A stretch of DNA of 64,000 bases from an uncultured Nitrospira sp. (lineage in GTDB: Bacteria; Nitrospirota; Nitrospiria; SBBL01; JAADHI01): assembly GCA_964451325.1 (NCBI GenBank), contig CAYVHO010000004.1:22254-86253 (forward strand), written 5' to 3'. The notes beneath the pieces were generated by a model. The model did not search any database. It saw only the letters and a program-made list of their open reading frames with translations, and was not told the DNA's origin. This document shows, piece by piece, positions 1 through 9,578 of this stretch. Numbering within the stretch: position 1 is the first letter of the stretch; the number at the start of each line of letters is the position of its first letter. Both the position numbers and the translations under genes were made by a program.

Positions 1-1223
1 GGATTGTCTATGCTTTTACGCAACCGATAGACATGCGTGTTTCGGAGATGTTGTCCGGTGTGCGGGCGGCACTTGCCGTGAAACTTTACGGGGAAGATCT
101 GGCTTTGTTGGAGGAAACCGGAAAAGAGATCGAAGCCCTTGTGGCTGAAATTCCGGGTAGTGTGGATGTTTTCCGAACAGACATTACCGGTCAGCGCTAC
201 CTGGAAGTACGGCTTCGCTCGGAAGTCATGAGCCGCTTTGGGATCAATACCGAAGACATTAACGCCTTGATCAGCATTGCCGTCGGCGGAAAAGTGGTCA
301 CTGAGGTTCAGGAAGGGGTACGACGAACCCCTGTCTTGCTGAGATATCCTGAAAACATGCGAAACAGTGCAGAAGCCATCGGCAATATCCTGGTGGACAC
401 TCCCACAGGAAACAAAGTACCGATCAGTCTTTTGGCCGATATTGTAGATGTGGATGGCCCGGTTCAGGTGGTTCATGAAGGGATATTGCGACAGGTTGTG
501 ATTCAGACCAACCTGGAAGGCCGGGACATTGTGGGTTTTGTGGATGAAATCCGAGCAACGATTGATGAAAAAATCACGCTACCACCCGGATTTTTTGTGG
601 AATTCGGCGGCCAGTTTGAAAATCAGCAGCGTGCGGCAAAACGTTTGGCCATTGTGCTTCCCATCGCCATCACACTCATTTTTTTGTTTTTATTCAGCAC
701 CTTCAATTCCATTCGGCAAGCAGGACTCATCATCCTGAATATTCCCTTTGCCATGATTGGCGGCATTGTTGCCCTGTTTTTTTCAGGGCTCTACCTTTCG
801 GTGCCAGCCTCGGTGGGTTTTATCGCTCTTTTTGGCATGGCGATTATGAACGGCATTGTGATGGTCAGTTATTTTAATCAGCTTCGGGAAGAAGGTTTAG
901 GTCTTCAACAGGCTGTGCTTCAGGGCGCAGAACGGCGACTTCGCCCCGTGCTCATGACGGCGATTACCACCGGTCTCGGTTTGATCCCCTTATTACTTGC
1001 AACGGGACCGGGTTCTGAACTGCAAAAACCCCTGGCGATTGTGGTGATCGGAGGGCTTGTGACCTCCACACTTTTAACCCTGATTTTATTACCGACACTC
1101 TACGCCTGGTTTGAAGCAGGCGGCGAAAGTAAAAGAACGCTCAAGAAAAGAAAAAAGCTTGAAGAGGAGAAAGTAGATGATGAAATGTTTGACCTTGATC
1201 GTCGCGGCATCCGCGAAGCGTGA
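1..1223 (+). CDS. C-terminal portion of a CzcA-like heavy-metal RND efflux pump. The gene starts upstream of the window.
   Basis: Translation is colinear with the C-terminus of the full CzcA paralogue at 28047-31199 (GGQFEnQQ..., LSVPaSvGFIALFG, LRP.LMT..TT.LGLIPLL, GGLVTST...L.L.P). The reading frame is open to the window edge. Confidence 0.85.
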   Translation, partial: IVYAFTQPIDMRVSEMLSGVRAALAVKLYGEDLALLEETGKEIEALVAEIPGSVDVFRTDITGQRYLEVRLRSEVMSRFGINTEDINALISIAVGGKVVTEVQEGVRRTPVLLRYPENMRNSAEAIGNILVDTPTGNKVPISLLADIVDVDGPVQVVHEGILRQVVIQTNLEGRDIVGFVDEIRATIDEKITLPPGFFVEFGGQFENQQRAAKRLAIVLPIAITLIFLFLFSTFNSIRQAGLIILNIPFAMIGGIVALFFSGLYLSVPASVGFIALFGMAIMNGIVMVSYFNQLREEGLGLQQAVLQGAERRLRPVLMTAITTGLGLIPLLLATGPGSELQKPLAIVVIGGLVTSTLLTLILLPTLYAWFEAGGESKRTLKKRKKLEEEKVDDEMFDLDRRGIREA

Positions 1224-1500
1224 CCTAGCGGACAAACTCAGAAATATCGAGGGAGTTGAAGGTTTCACGATGCTGCCCTGCGAAGGACATGGCTCGGAAA
1301 CACAGCACGATGCTTTTTTAAGCGTCCGGGACCGTGTGGTAGGTTATGTGCCCCGGGCGCGCGTAGATATTATTCTGGAGGATGCCAGGGTGCAAGGCGT
1401 TATTAACGCGCTCAAGGAAAGCTTTTTGACAGATGATGTGGATCGCGCCCGAATCGGAATTTGGTTTGTGAGTGATATTCAGTCCTTTGGCGAAATATAG
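1177..1500 (+). CDS. Small P-II/DUF3240-like protein of the kind commonly found downstream of czcA.
   Basis: 107-aa ORF overlapping the 3' end of czcA. A second P-II-family gene sits in the same position after the other czcA (31241-31564). The GlnB-like fold is inferred from context and size. Confidence 0.55.
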   Translation: MMKCLTLIVAASAKRDLADKLRNIEGVEGFTMLPCEGHGSETQHDAFLSVRDRVVGYVPRARVDIILEDARVQGVINALKESFLTDDVDRARIGIWFVSDIQSFGEI

Positions 1501-1512
1501 AAGGAGATTAAA

Positions 1513-2304
1513 ATGAAGTTGAAGCATCTAAAAATTACGGTGGGCATGTTCGTTCTGCTGCTCATTCCGGTACTTGCACTGGCCCACGGTATTTCCGAAG
1601 CCGACAAAGCCGCGATGTTAAGCGGGGGTTATCTTCAGTATCTATGGCTCGGCGCGAGCCATATGCTGACGGGATATGATCATCTGCTGTTTATTTTCGG
1701 GGTCATTTTCTTTTTGACTGGCTTTAAGGATATTGTTAAATACATCACCATCTTTACCGTGGGGCACAGTCTGACACTCGTTTTTGCCACGATATTGGGC
1801 ATTACGGCCAACTATTTTCTGGTCGATGCCGTCATCGCCCTGAGTGTTTGTTACAAAGGATTTGATAATTTGGATGGCTTTAAGAAATACCTGAAGATGC
1901 CTTCCCCCAATCTCATGTGGGTGATTTTTATCTTCGGCCTGATTCATGGTTTTGGGCTTTCCACACGGCTTCAGCAATTGCCTTTGGGAGACACCGGCCT
2001 GATTATGCGTATCCTTTCATTTAACGTTGGTGTCGAATTAGGGCAGATTACGGCCCTAACGGTCATGCTAATTTTGATTTCGGGTTGGCGTCGGACCAAA
2101 TCATTTGCGCAATTCACTACGGTCTCCAATGCCGGATTGATTGTCGCGGGTGCATTTTTATTTTTAATGCAAATGCATGGCTACACCCATACGACCGATC
2201 CGGATGAATTTGGGTTTAGCTCGGATAATCATTTTCACGAACATTTAGAGATGGAAGAAAAAATACAAGAAGAGCAACAAGGACACCATGAGTCTATTTT
2301 TTAG
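1513..2304 (+). CDS. HupE/UreJ-family membrane protein, a putative Ni/Co/metal transporter.
   Basis: Signal peptide followed by multiple TM segments. Shows the GxDHLLF...GxHSxT motif pattern typical of HupE/UreJ and a His-rich C-terminus (HGYTHTT...HFHEH). RBS aggagat upstream. Confidence 0.7.
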   Translation: MKLKHLKITVGMFVLLLIPVLALAHGISEADKAAMLSGGYLQYLWLGASHMLTGYDHLLFIFGVIFFLTGFKDIVKYITIFTVGHSLTLVFATILGITANYFLVDAVIALSVCYKGFDNLDGFKKYLKMPSPNLMWVIFIFGLIHGFGLSTRLQQLPLGDTGLIMRILSFNVGVELGQITALTVMLILISGWRRTKSFAQFTTVSNAGLIVAGAFLFLMQMHGYTHTTDPDEFGFSSDNHFHEHLEMEEKIQEEQQGHHESIF

Positions 2305-2662
2305 GAGGGATTTAATGAAAAAGTTACCAATCTATTTACTGGTTTTGTTTGTGTTTTCAAATGCCTTGGTTTTTGCTGGCCCTGGCAGCGATCATTCTCA
2401 TGAACCCTCTGAACCCATTTCAGAGGAGAAAGCCCTGAAAACAGCGTCCGGTGTTTTAAAGGACATGGTGAAAAAAGAAAAAATTGATGCTTCCTGGAGC
2501 ACCGTGAAACCTGAAAAAATCATACAAAAAACCTTTAAAAAAGATCCGGAATGGGTGGTCACCTTTGATAATCCCAAGATGGAAAACAAAGAGAAACAGA
2601 CTTTGTATGTCTTTCTCAGTCTGTCAGGACATTTCCTTGGTGCAAATTTTTCAGGGAATTAA
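2288..2662 (+). CDS. Small secreted or periplasmic protein of unknown function.
   Basis: N-terminal signal peptide (MKKLPIYLLVLFVFSNALVFA); Lys-rich. RBS ggaggg upstream. No recognisable domain. Confidence 0.4.
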   Translation: MSLFFRRDLMKKLPIYLLVLFVFSNALVFAGPGSDHSHEPSEPISEEKALKTASGVLKDMVKKEKIDASWSTVKPEKIIQKTFKKDPEWVVTFDNPKMENKEKQTLYVFLSLSGHFLGANFSGN

Positions 2663-2693
2663 GTCTTGAATGCTATTCCGACAGAATCATGCC

Positions 2694-2737
2694 GAAAAAA
2701 GCCCCGGCGACTAATTCAGTCGCCGGGGCTTTTTTGT
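2694..2737. terminator. Bidirectional rho-independent terminator between the converging + strand gene and phoU.
   Basis: aaaaaaGCCCCGGCGACtaattcaGTCGCCGGGGCttttttg: a perfect 12-bp GC-rich stem flanked by A-run and T-run. Confidence 0.75.
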
Positions 2738-2819
2738 ACCCGACTTCCAATCATAAAAATGAAAAATAGACAACCAAAGACATAAACCATAGACAATTGA
2801 GCGACTATCTCCTCTGACT

Positions 2820-3482
2820 CTAATAACTCTCCGGTTGATGTCGAACGATGCTGCCTTCCACCATGTAAATTACCACTTCTGCAATGTTCGTTGCATAGTC
2901 GGCAATGCGTTCAAGATGTCTTGAAACCGAGAGACAATGGCTGAGCGCTTCAACGTGATGGGGGGTAAGACGAATTTCCTCGTAAAATAAAATGTAAATT
3001 TCTCGATTAATGTTGTCCACTTCATCATCGTCGGCACAGACCTGGTACGCAATTTCAGGGTCTTGCTGAATCAGTGAGTCCAGGGCCCGCTTTAACATTG
3101 AACGCGTCTTTGTTGTCATTTCTTCAAAATCAAAAGGGGTTGTCATCGAACTTTCCCGGCATAAATAAAGCGCGCGTTCTGCGATGTTGACGGAGAGGTC
3201 GGCGATGCGCTCCAAATCGTTGTTGATCTTGAGTACGGCGACTAAAAAGCGAAGATCAATCGCCACCGGCTGATGCAGGGCCATAATCTTGAGACAGTCT
3301 TCTTCGACTTCCACTTCGATGGCATCAATGGTGTCATCATATGCGATGACTTCGACGGCCAATTGTTCATTTCTGTCAGAGAACGCCCGGATCGATTTTT
3401 CAAGCGTGCCCTCCACGAGGGCGCTTAATGACAATAGTTTCTTCTTTAATTTTTCCAGTTCATTTTGTAGATGTAAGGCCAT
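2820..3482 (-). CDS. phoU: Phosphate signalling complex protein PhoU.
   Basis: 220 aa with two PhoU repeats (..ERIADxxxNIAE..). Immediately downstream of pstB in the pst operon. Confidence 0.9.
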   Translation of the reverse strand: MALHLQNELEKLKKKLLSLSALVEGTLEKSIRAFSDRNEQLAVEVIAYDDTIDAIEVEVEEDCLKIMALHQPVAIDLRFLVAVLKINNDLERIADLSVNIAERALYLCRESSMTTPFDFEEMTTKTRSMLKRALDSLIQQDPEIAYQVCADDDEVDNINREIYILFYEEIRLTPHHVEALSHCLSVSRHLERIADYATNIAEVVIYMVEGSIVRHQPESY

Positions 3483-3503
3483 TGTGCTTTCTCCTGAGAT
3501 TTT

Positions 3504-4268
3504 TTATCCAAAGCGTCCCGTAATATAATCTTCCGTTCTCTTTTCTGTAGGTTTTGTGAAAATTCTTTCTGTCGGCCCGAATTCGATGAGTCGGCCTTCA
3601 TAGAGAAATGCCGTTTCATCTGAAATTCTTGCCGCCTGCTGCATATTATGTGTGACCACCAAAATCGTATAGTGTGAGCGCAATTCCCCGACTAAGTCTT
3701 CGATTCTTGCGGTGGATCTCGGGTCAAGTGCTGAACAGGGTTCGTCCATCAGAATAATGGCGGGACGCATTGCAATGGCTCTCGCGATGCAGAGACGTTG
3801 TTGCTGACCTCCAGACAAGTCCAGTGCGGAATCATGCAGGCGATCCTTGACTTCATCCCACAGCGCCGCCCGCTTGAGTGAGATTGTAACCAGTTCATCT
3901 GGATCTTTCAGGAAGCCGTTTATTTTTGGTCCCCAGATGATATTGTTGTAGATGGATTTAGGGAAAGGGTTGGGCCTTTGAAACACCATGCCGATCTGAC
4001 GCCTCATATTGGTGGGGTCAATGCCCTTTCCATAGAGCGCTTTCCCGCAGCAGAGGATATTGCCCGAGGTGACAACAACGGGATTAAAATCATTCATGCG
4101 ATTGATTGCGCGAAGCAGGGTGCTTTTCCCGCAACCCGAAGGCCCGATGATCGACGTCACCTGATTTTTTTGAATGTCAAAGCTGACCTTGTCAATCGCG
4201 CACTTTTCACCGTAGGAAATGGAAAGATCTTGTATTTTTAAAATAATGTCGGCCTGATTATTTTCCAT
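3504..4268 (-). CDS. pstB: Phosphate ABC transporter ATP-binding protein PstB.
   Basis: Walker [13 protein letters not shown] signature [14 protein letters not shown], Walker B ILMDEP. Operon position after pstA. Confidence 0.95.
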   Translation of the reverse strand: MENNQADIILKIQDLSISYGEKCAIDKVSFDIQKNQVTSIIGPSGCGKSTLLRAINRMNDFNPVVVTSGNILCCGKALYGKGIDPTNMRRQIGMVFQRPNPFPKSIYNNIIWGPKINGFLKDPDELVTISLKRAALWDEVKDRLHDSALDLSGGQQQRLCIARAIAMRPAIILMDEPCSALDPRSTARIEDLVGELRSHYTILVVTHNMQQAARISDETAFLYEGRLIEFGPTERIFTKPTEKRTEDYITGRFG

Positions 4269-4282
4269 GAGTACTTTGCCCT

Positions 4283-5134
4283 TTACATTTTATATTTTTG
4301 TGCGCGTTGCCGAATAAGAACGGCAAGGAGATTCATTGTAAACAGAAGGATCAATAAAACAATGATGCCTGCCCCGGCCAGTCCGTGAAAATCGGCCTGA
4401 GGTCTTCCCGCCCAATTGAAGATCTGAATGGGCAGGACCGTAAAGGGGTCTGAAGGGCTTTCCGGAACAAAGGCGACATAGGCCAATGCACCGACCATAA
4501 TCATCGGGGCGCTTTCTCCAATCGCTCTGGAAATGGCAAGAATCAAGCCGGTCATGATGCCGGGCAGTGCAGCAGGCAGGATTTGACCTATAATGACCTG
4601 CCAGCGCCTTGCGCCTAAGGCATAGGCCGCATCTCGAATGGCATTCGGCACGGCTCGAATGGCTTCCTGGGAAGAAATGATAATCACGGGTAAAACAAGC
4701 AGACTCAGGGTCAAGGCCCCGGCCAAGAGACTGCGATCCAGATCAAAGAAACGCACAAAAATCGTAAGCCCTAAGAGCCCGTAGACAATCGAGGGCATTC
4801 CCGCCAGGTTTGAAATATTAATCTCTATCCATCGGATCAGTCGTTTCCTGGGGGCATATTCCTCTAAGTAAAATGCCGTTGCGACACCCAGGGGGACGAC
4901 AAAAAGTGTGGTCATCGAAATGAGCCACAAGCTGCCGAACAGGGCGGATTTCACTCCGGCTTTATGCGTAAATCTTGAAGGAAAGCTGTTTAAAAAGTTC
5001 ATGTTGAGCCAGGACAGGCCCTCATTTAGTATATGAAAGAGCAGAATGCCCAGAACGGCCACCGCACAAAACGTGACACTCCGACACAGAAATAAAAAGA
5101 GATGCTCTCTTGTTTGTCGCCATCCTTTGTTCAT
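4283..5134 (-). CDS. pstA: Phosphate ABC transporter permease PstA.
   Basis: 283-aa polytopic membrane protein; operon position between pstC and pstB. Confidence 0.88.
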   Translation of the reverse strand: MNKGWRQTREHLFLFLCRSVTFCAVAVLGILLFHILNEGLSWLNMNFLNSFPSRFTHKAGVKSALFGSLWLISMTTLFVVPLGVATAFYLEEYAPRKRLIRWIEINISNLAGMPSIVYGLLGLTIFVRFFDLDRSLLAGALTLSLLVLPVIIISSQEAIRAVPNAIRDAAYALGARRWQVIIGQILPAALPGIMTGLILAISRAIGESAPMIMVGALAYVAFVPESPSDPFTVLPIQIFNWAGRPQADFHGLAGAGIIVLLILLFTMNLLAVLIRQRAQKYKM

Positions 5135-6126
5135 ATCGCCCTTCTTTTGTCTGAAGAAATCAGATAATTCCCAAACATGTTCATGCTCAGGGTCATCACA
5201 AATAACAGTGTCGCCACGGCATATATAGTCAGATATTCAATGCCACCCGCCGGCGTGTCTCCCAAACTCACCTGTACGATGTAGGCCGTCATGGTCTGAA
5301 TGCTCTCCAGAGGGTTCAGGGTCAGGGTCGGGGTCGCCCCCGCTGCAAGGGTGACGGCCATGGTTTCGCCGATTGCCCTGGAAACGGCCAGAACAATGGA
5401 GGCCCCCACGCGAGACTTGGCCGCAGGCAACACGATTTGGGTCGTGACTTCGTAGGGCGTCGCTCCAAGGGCATAAGCCCCGTCACGCAGGTCTCCCGGA
5501 ACAGCACGAAAGGCATCATCGCAGAGCGAAGAAATCATCGGCAGAATCATGATCCCGACAACGATGGCAGCGCTGAGTGCGTTAAAAATCTGTATGTCAG
5601 GCAAGACCGTTTTGATGATGGGTGTGACAAAAGTCAGGGCAAAATAACCGTAAACAACGGTCGGAATGCCCGCCAGAATCTCAAGTGTCGGTTTGATGAT
5701 GGCGCGAAAGCGACTTGAAGCAAACTCATTTAAGTAGGCTGCAATGAGCAATCCGGCAGGCGCTGCCAACAACATCGACCCGACGACAATGAGAAGCGTT
5801 CCCGATACCAGGGGCAGCACCCCGAAGGACTTGGGTTCAAGCAGGGGTTCCCAGCGTGTGCCAAACAAGAACTCGAAGAGGGAAACCTGTGAGAAAAAAT
5901 TCAGAGACTCTCTGCCCAGGATCAGTACGACGGTTCCGGTCGTCAGGACAGTCACCAAAACACAAAGAAGGAGTGTCAGGTGAACACCGTGGTCGATCCA
6001 TTTTGCTTTATCTGTCAATATCGGCAATGGACTACTTTCCCGCCTGATGGATTTGTTTGAGGCCGTCTTCGTATTGTGCCGTCGGCAGTGGCACATAACC
6101 CACTTCTTTGGAAAGCAGCGGCGCAT
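5131..6126 (-). CDS. pstC: Phosphate ABC transporter permease PstC. The true start is probably downstream of the listed ATG, since the listed ORF overlaps the pstS 3' end by about 95 nt.
   Basis: Polytopic membrane protein between pstS and pstA. The first 30 codons or so of the listed ORF overlap pstS and are non-hydrophobic and Arg/Cys-rich, suggesting an internal or alternative start. Confidence 0.85.
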   Translation of the reverse strand: MRRCFPKKWVMCHCRRHNTKTASNKSIRRESSPLPILTDKAKWIDHGVHLTLLLCVLVTVLTTGTVVLILGRESLNFFSQVSLFEFLFGTRWEPLLEPKSFGVLPLVSGTLLIVVGSMLLAAPAGLLIAAYLNEFASSRFRAIIKPTLEILAGIPTVVYGYFALTFVTPIIKTVLPDIQIFNALSAAIVVGIMILPMISSLCDDAFRAVPGDLRDGAYALGATPYEVTTQIVLPAAKSRVGASIVLAVSRAIGETMAVTLAAGATPTLTLNPLESIQTMTAYIVQVSLGDTPAGGIEYLTIYAVATLLFVMTLSMNMFGNYLISSDKRRAI

Positions 6127-6970
6127 TCTCCAGGTAAAATTTCATAAACTCAAACACTTCGGTCCGCCCCAGTGCAGATAAGCTGACATAGATAAAGATG
6201 GGACGGGAAAGAGGAGAATAGCTACCATCGTTGATGTTTTTTTCAGAGGGTGACACGGCTTCTGCGCTATCCTGAATCGGAACCGCTTTGACGAGTTGTC
6301 TGTTTTCAAAATAATAAGCAAAACCAAAATAGCCTAAGGCATCTCGGTCACCAGCAATCCCCCGCACGAGGACATTCGGGTCTGCACTCATGGTATAGTT
6401 CGAACGGCTGGCGTGTGCTTTACCGTTAATCACCTTCGTAAAATAATCAAAAGTGCCTGAATCCGTCCCTGGCCCGTAGAGGCGAATCTTACGATCCGGC
6501 CAGATGGAACGGACATCCTGCCAGGTTTTGACGGTGCTTCCTGGCTGCCAGATTTTTTTTAATTCGGCGACACTTAAAAAATCGACCCAGGTGTTTTCAG
6601 CATTGATCACGACAGCAATGCCGTCATAAGCAATGGGCAGCTCAAGATAGGCGACCTCGTTTTTTCCGGCAGTTTTAATCTCGCTCGCTTTCATCAAGCG
6701 CGATGCATTATTGATATCGATTTCACCTGCAGAAAATTTCTTAAAACCACCGCCTGTACCGGAGATACCGATGGTCACGCGCACCCTGGGGTATTTGTGA
6801 CCGAACTCCTCTGCAACGGCTTCGGTAACGGGGAAGACCGTACTGGAACCGTCAATTTTAACCGTTCCTCTCAAGGGTTTTGCGAAGGTGTCATTGACAA
6901 AAGCCGTGGAGAGAAAGGCAAAAAACACTAATATTTTTAAAAGTTTTGAATAAATCGAATCTCTTTTCAT
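6032..6970 (-). CDS. pstS: Phosphate-binding periplasmic protein PstS.
   Basis: Signal peptide then GSSTVxP...SGTGGG motifs typical of PstS. Start chosen at MKRDS, preceded by RBS ggagaa. First gene of the pst operon. Confidence 0.9.
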   Translation of the reverse strand: MKRDSIYSKLLKILVFFAFLSTAFVNDTFAKPLRGTVKIDGSSTVFPVTEAVAEEFGHKYPRVRVTIGISGTGGGFKKFSAGEIDINNASRLMKASEIKTAGKNEVAYLELPIAYDGIAVVINAENTWVDFLSVAELKKIWQPGSTVKTWQDVRSIWPDRKIRLYGPGTDSGTFDYFTKVINGKAHASRSNYTMSADPNVLVRGIAGDRDALGYFGFAYYFENRQLVKAVPIQDSAEAVSPSEKNINDGSYSPLSRPIFIYVSLSALGRTEVFEFMKFYLENAPLLSKEVGYVPLPTAQYEDGLKQIHQAGK

Positions 6971-7092
6971 TTCAGTTTCTCCCTGTTGGATCAAAACAAG
7001 CTTACAATGCCTGTCTTTGAGAATGATGAGAACATTGTGAGGATTGGGTTAGGATTGCGGGGGATGGTTTTTTAAATACTTAATACTTAAAG

Positions 7093-7815
7093 TTAAAATC
7101 CGCTGTCCGGGTCTGTCGGGTCAACGACGCTGTTTGAACCGGAAGAGAAGTCAATGCTTCTACCTTGCACACCGCCGAAGATATAGTAGGCCAGGGCGAC
7201 TTTGAAAGAGAGATCTCCCGCCTTTGCTTTGAGGCCGGGCTGTACGACATACAAAGAGGGATCTGAACTGCTTTTTCCTTCTTCAAGAATAAATCCACCT
7301 GCATTCAAAAAGAGCGCACCCTTTTCAATGGTGATGCTTGCACCTTCAACATTTATGTCCGAATCCCAAAGCAAATCAGAAGGATGCCAGACCGCTTTTT
7401 TTCGAGCGAATTTTCCACCATAGACCGTTAAGGGTTTGGCGAGCTTCAAAGCGGCATAGGCGTAATCCAGTTGAAAACCTTTGGATGAAAACCCATCATC
7501 AAGGGTCTGATTGCTCGACCGTGGGTCATCTCCACCACTCGCGAAGCCAATACCGACCTTGATCCCCTCTGCAACTTTTGCATCCATACCGATTCTAACT
7601 CTCAGTCTGCCACGGCTTCGGTCTGCGATTTCTTTTCCGGTTTCATCTTTTGTAGTGAGCTGATAACGAAGCCTTAAATCTCCTTTGAGGTTGATTGTTT
7701 TAACCCAATCGGGCACTTCATTTTCTTCGGCAGAGGCGGCTGAATTTCCCGATAACATCGGGACAAATAATCCAACAGCCATCATGACAGCCAGACGATT
7801 CTTCATAAGCTTCAC
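7093..7815 (-). CDS. Small outer-membrane beta-barrel or porin-like protein upstream of pstS, possibly a phosphate-regulated porin.
   Basis: Signal peptide (MKLMKNRLAVMMAVGLFVPMLSGNSAASA). Alternating amphipathic beta-strand pattern and a C-terminal aromatic residue (..DSGF). Location immediately upstream of the pst operon. Confidence 0.5.
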   Translation of the reverse strand: MKLMKNRLAVMMAVGLFVPMLSGNSAASAEENEVPDWVKTINLKGDLRLRYQLTTKDETGKEIADRSRGRLRVRIGMDAKVAEGIKVGIGFASGGDDPRSSNQTLDDGFSSKGFQLDYAYAALKLAKPLTVYGGKFARKKAVWHPSDLLWDSDINVEGASITIEKGALFLNAGGFILEEGKSSSDPSLYVVQPGLKAKAGDLSFKVALAYYIFGGVQGRSIDFSSGSNSVVDPTDPDSGF

Positions 7816-7967
7816 TTTTGTATTCCTCCAATTTATCTTGTTTTAAAATCCGTTTTTATTAACGGCAAGACAAACTTACGATAGTGATTTTGGGGAATAA
7901 TGAGGGGATGATGAGAACTTGATTAGAGTGTAAAGAAGTGTCTTATCGAATTCAGGAAGAAGGTGGC

Positions 7968-8243
7968 TTATCGATTTTCCCGCGTATGCCAAATACGCAG
8001 AATGTAAAGATTCGACTGCTGTATTTCGTAACGCAGTTCATAACGACCGATGAGTAGACGGCGAACGTCACGCGGTTCAAATTCTTCAAGTTTTTCGCCA
8101 ATACGAGGTTGTTTGATGAGTAGAGTAGGTGATGTGACAAGAGATTGTACCGTCTGCGCAGCCGCTTTTCTATTGATTGGAGCTAAAAATTCGTACAACC
8201 GGGCCAAATCCGACAGGGCTTTTCTCGTCCATTTCAGTTTCAT
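7968..8243 (-). CDS. Type II toxin of the RelE/ParE family.
   Basis: 91 aa. The 4-nt ATGA overlap with the upstream small RHH gene gives the classic antitoxin-toxin order. Sequence pattern consistent with ParE-like plasmid-stabilisation toxins. Confidence 0.7.
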   Translation of the reverse strand: MKLKWTRKALSDLARLYEFLAPINRKAAAQTVQSLVTSPTLLIKQPRIGEKLEEFEPRDVRRLLIGRYELRYEIQQSNLYILRIWHTRENR

Positions 8244-8500
8244 TTCTTTGGAAGCGGCAAGGGCTGATCGGTATCAAGGCTATCCGCCCAGGCTTGAACA
8301 GCCTGGTGATCAATTACAGCATCATCAACCTCTGCAAGTGCCTCTAAAGTGAGTCGTCTGCGTTCTTCCTCCTGTTCTACCCAGGCGCTGAGCGCTTGTT
8401 TTACGATCCAAGCCCGTGAACGTTCTAGCCGAGAGGCTATCTGATCGACTTTTTCCGCAAGAGAGAGAGGAACATGAGCCGTAATGACTTTGTTATCCAT
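8240..8500 (-). CDS. Type II antitoxin with a ribbon-helix-helix (CopG/ParD-like) fold.
   Basis: 86 aa with an N-terminal RHH-like segment (VITAHVPLSLAEKVDQIASRLERSRAWIVKQAL) and an acidic C-terminus; translationally coupled to the toxin. Confidence 0.7.
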   Translation of the reverse strand: MDNKVITAHVPLSLAEKVDQIASRLERSRAWIVKQALSAWVEQEEERRRLTLEALAEVDDAVIDHQAVQAWADSLDTDQPLPLPKK

Positions 8501-8824
8501 GGAGTACCTCTTTTTATTTTCAGTCTAAATGAATCATAGTGATTTAGATTGATTGAGTCAATGCCGCTTCCCTAGAATTTTGTGGAATTCGATTTGAAAG
8601 ACTGTACAAATAAGAAAAATTCAAAAACCACGAGTACAGGAAGACAGGGAGCGGCATTGACGACATCTACAACTAAACAGCTTTATTGATGAGATATTTT
8701 GAGAAATACGAGGAGGAACAGAGAATAGGGGAAACAGTACCGTCCCAGTTCTAGTAAGATCATTTTTTATAGACTTCAGTCAAATACTCAGGCTTGCAAA
8801 CCAAAATATTTGCTGCATCTCGCC

Positions 8825-9565
8825 TTAGCCAGAGGTTGGACTCCAACCGTCAATCACGGTTGGAAGTTTGGTGGCTTTTCCACCCTCGGATATGCGTATT
8901 GAACTAGAACTTTGTTGCAGCTGGTGAGCAATATATATGGAGTCAATAATGGGGCTAACCAGAATAGATTTGCCCAAAACATGAATCCTTTGTTCGGCAG
9001 ACATTAGATTTAGCGAGGATGCATGATAGGAGTCCCCAGAATCAAGTACCAAAAATCCTTGAGGCATGAGTTCTCTGCATACACTGTGGACAATTCGTGT
9101 ATTGTTTTTAGAGACTTCACAGTGAAAATCTAGAAAATTTAAATGGTGAGATTCTTCGTGCGTGTCAATTACCTCAGAACAGAGACTCACGTTGAGAGTG
9201 TTTCCCTCGGTAACTTTCACGAGGATATCTGATTCCAGATCTCGTCTATAGTAATCAATGGACTGCCCCTGGCCTTGGTGAAAAAATGTCGCTTTCAACA
9301 ATGCAGCGGTACACTCCCCACTCTTCATGCAGGCGGAAAAAATCGCTTCCCAGAAGGGAACCTTCGTGGCCTTTCGAATTGAAAGAGCCTGCTCGATAAT
9401 CGTTTTTTCGAATTCCTTGATCTCAATGCGTTCTTGAAGAAGTGGAGGTGACGTGTACCTGAAGATGGTGCATCTCTCTATATTCTGATGCGCAAGAATA
9501 AGCGTCCGATACGCCAGCGAGGCTGGCTTTCCAATAAGCTCATCTATTTCAGACTGTCTCAGCAT
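8825..9565 (-). CDS. Uncharacterised protein of about 246 aa, encoded immediately downstream of the patatin-like gene and overlapping it. Putative partner in a two-gene module.
   Basis: The listed ORF (8825-9694) overlaps the upstream gene by 115 nt. The internal Met (MLRQSEIDEL...) gives a roughly 14-nt overlap typical of operonic coupling. No recognisable motif. Confidence 0.45.
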   Translation of the reverse strand: MLRQSEIDELIGKPASLAYRTLILAHQNIERCTIFRYTSPPLLQERIEIKEFEKTIIEQALSIRKATKVPFWEAIFSACMKSGECTAALLKATFFHQGQGQSIDYYRRDLESDILVKVTEGNTLNVSLCSEVIDTHEESHHLNFLDFHCEVSKNNTRIVHSVCRELMPQGFLVLDSGDSYHASSLNLMSAEQRIHVLGKSILVSPIIDSIYIAHQLQQSSSSIRISEGGKATKLPTVIDGWSPTSG

Positions 9566-9578
9566 AAATACAATGCTT

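Noticed and set aside
6995-7092. A Pho box upstream of pstS.
   Set aside because: I looked for CTGTCAT-N4-CTGTCAT-type direct repeats and found only weak partial matches (CTGTCTT, TTGTAAG). They are not convincing without the organism-specific consensus.
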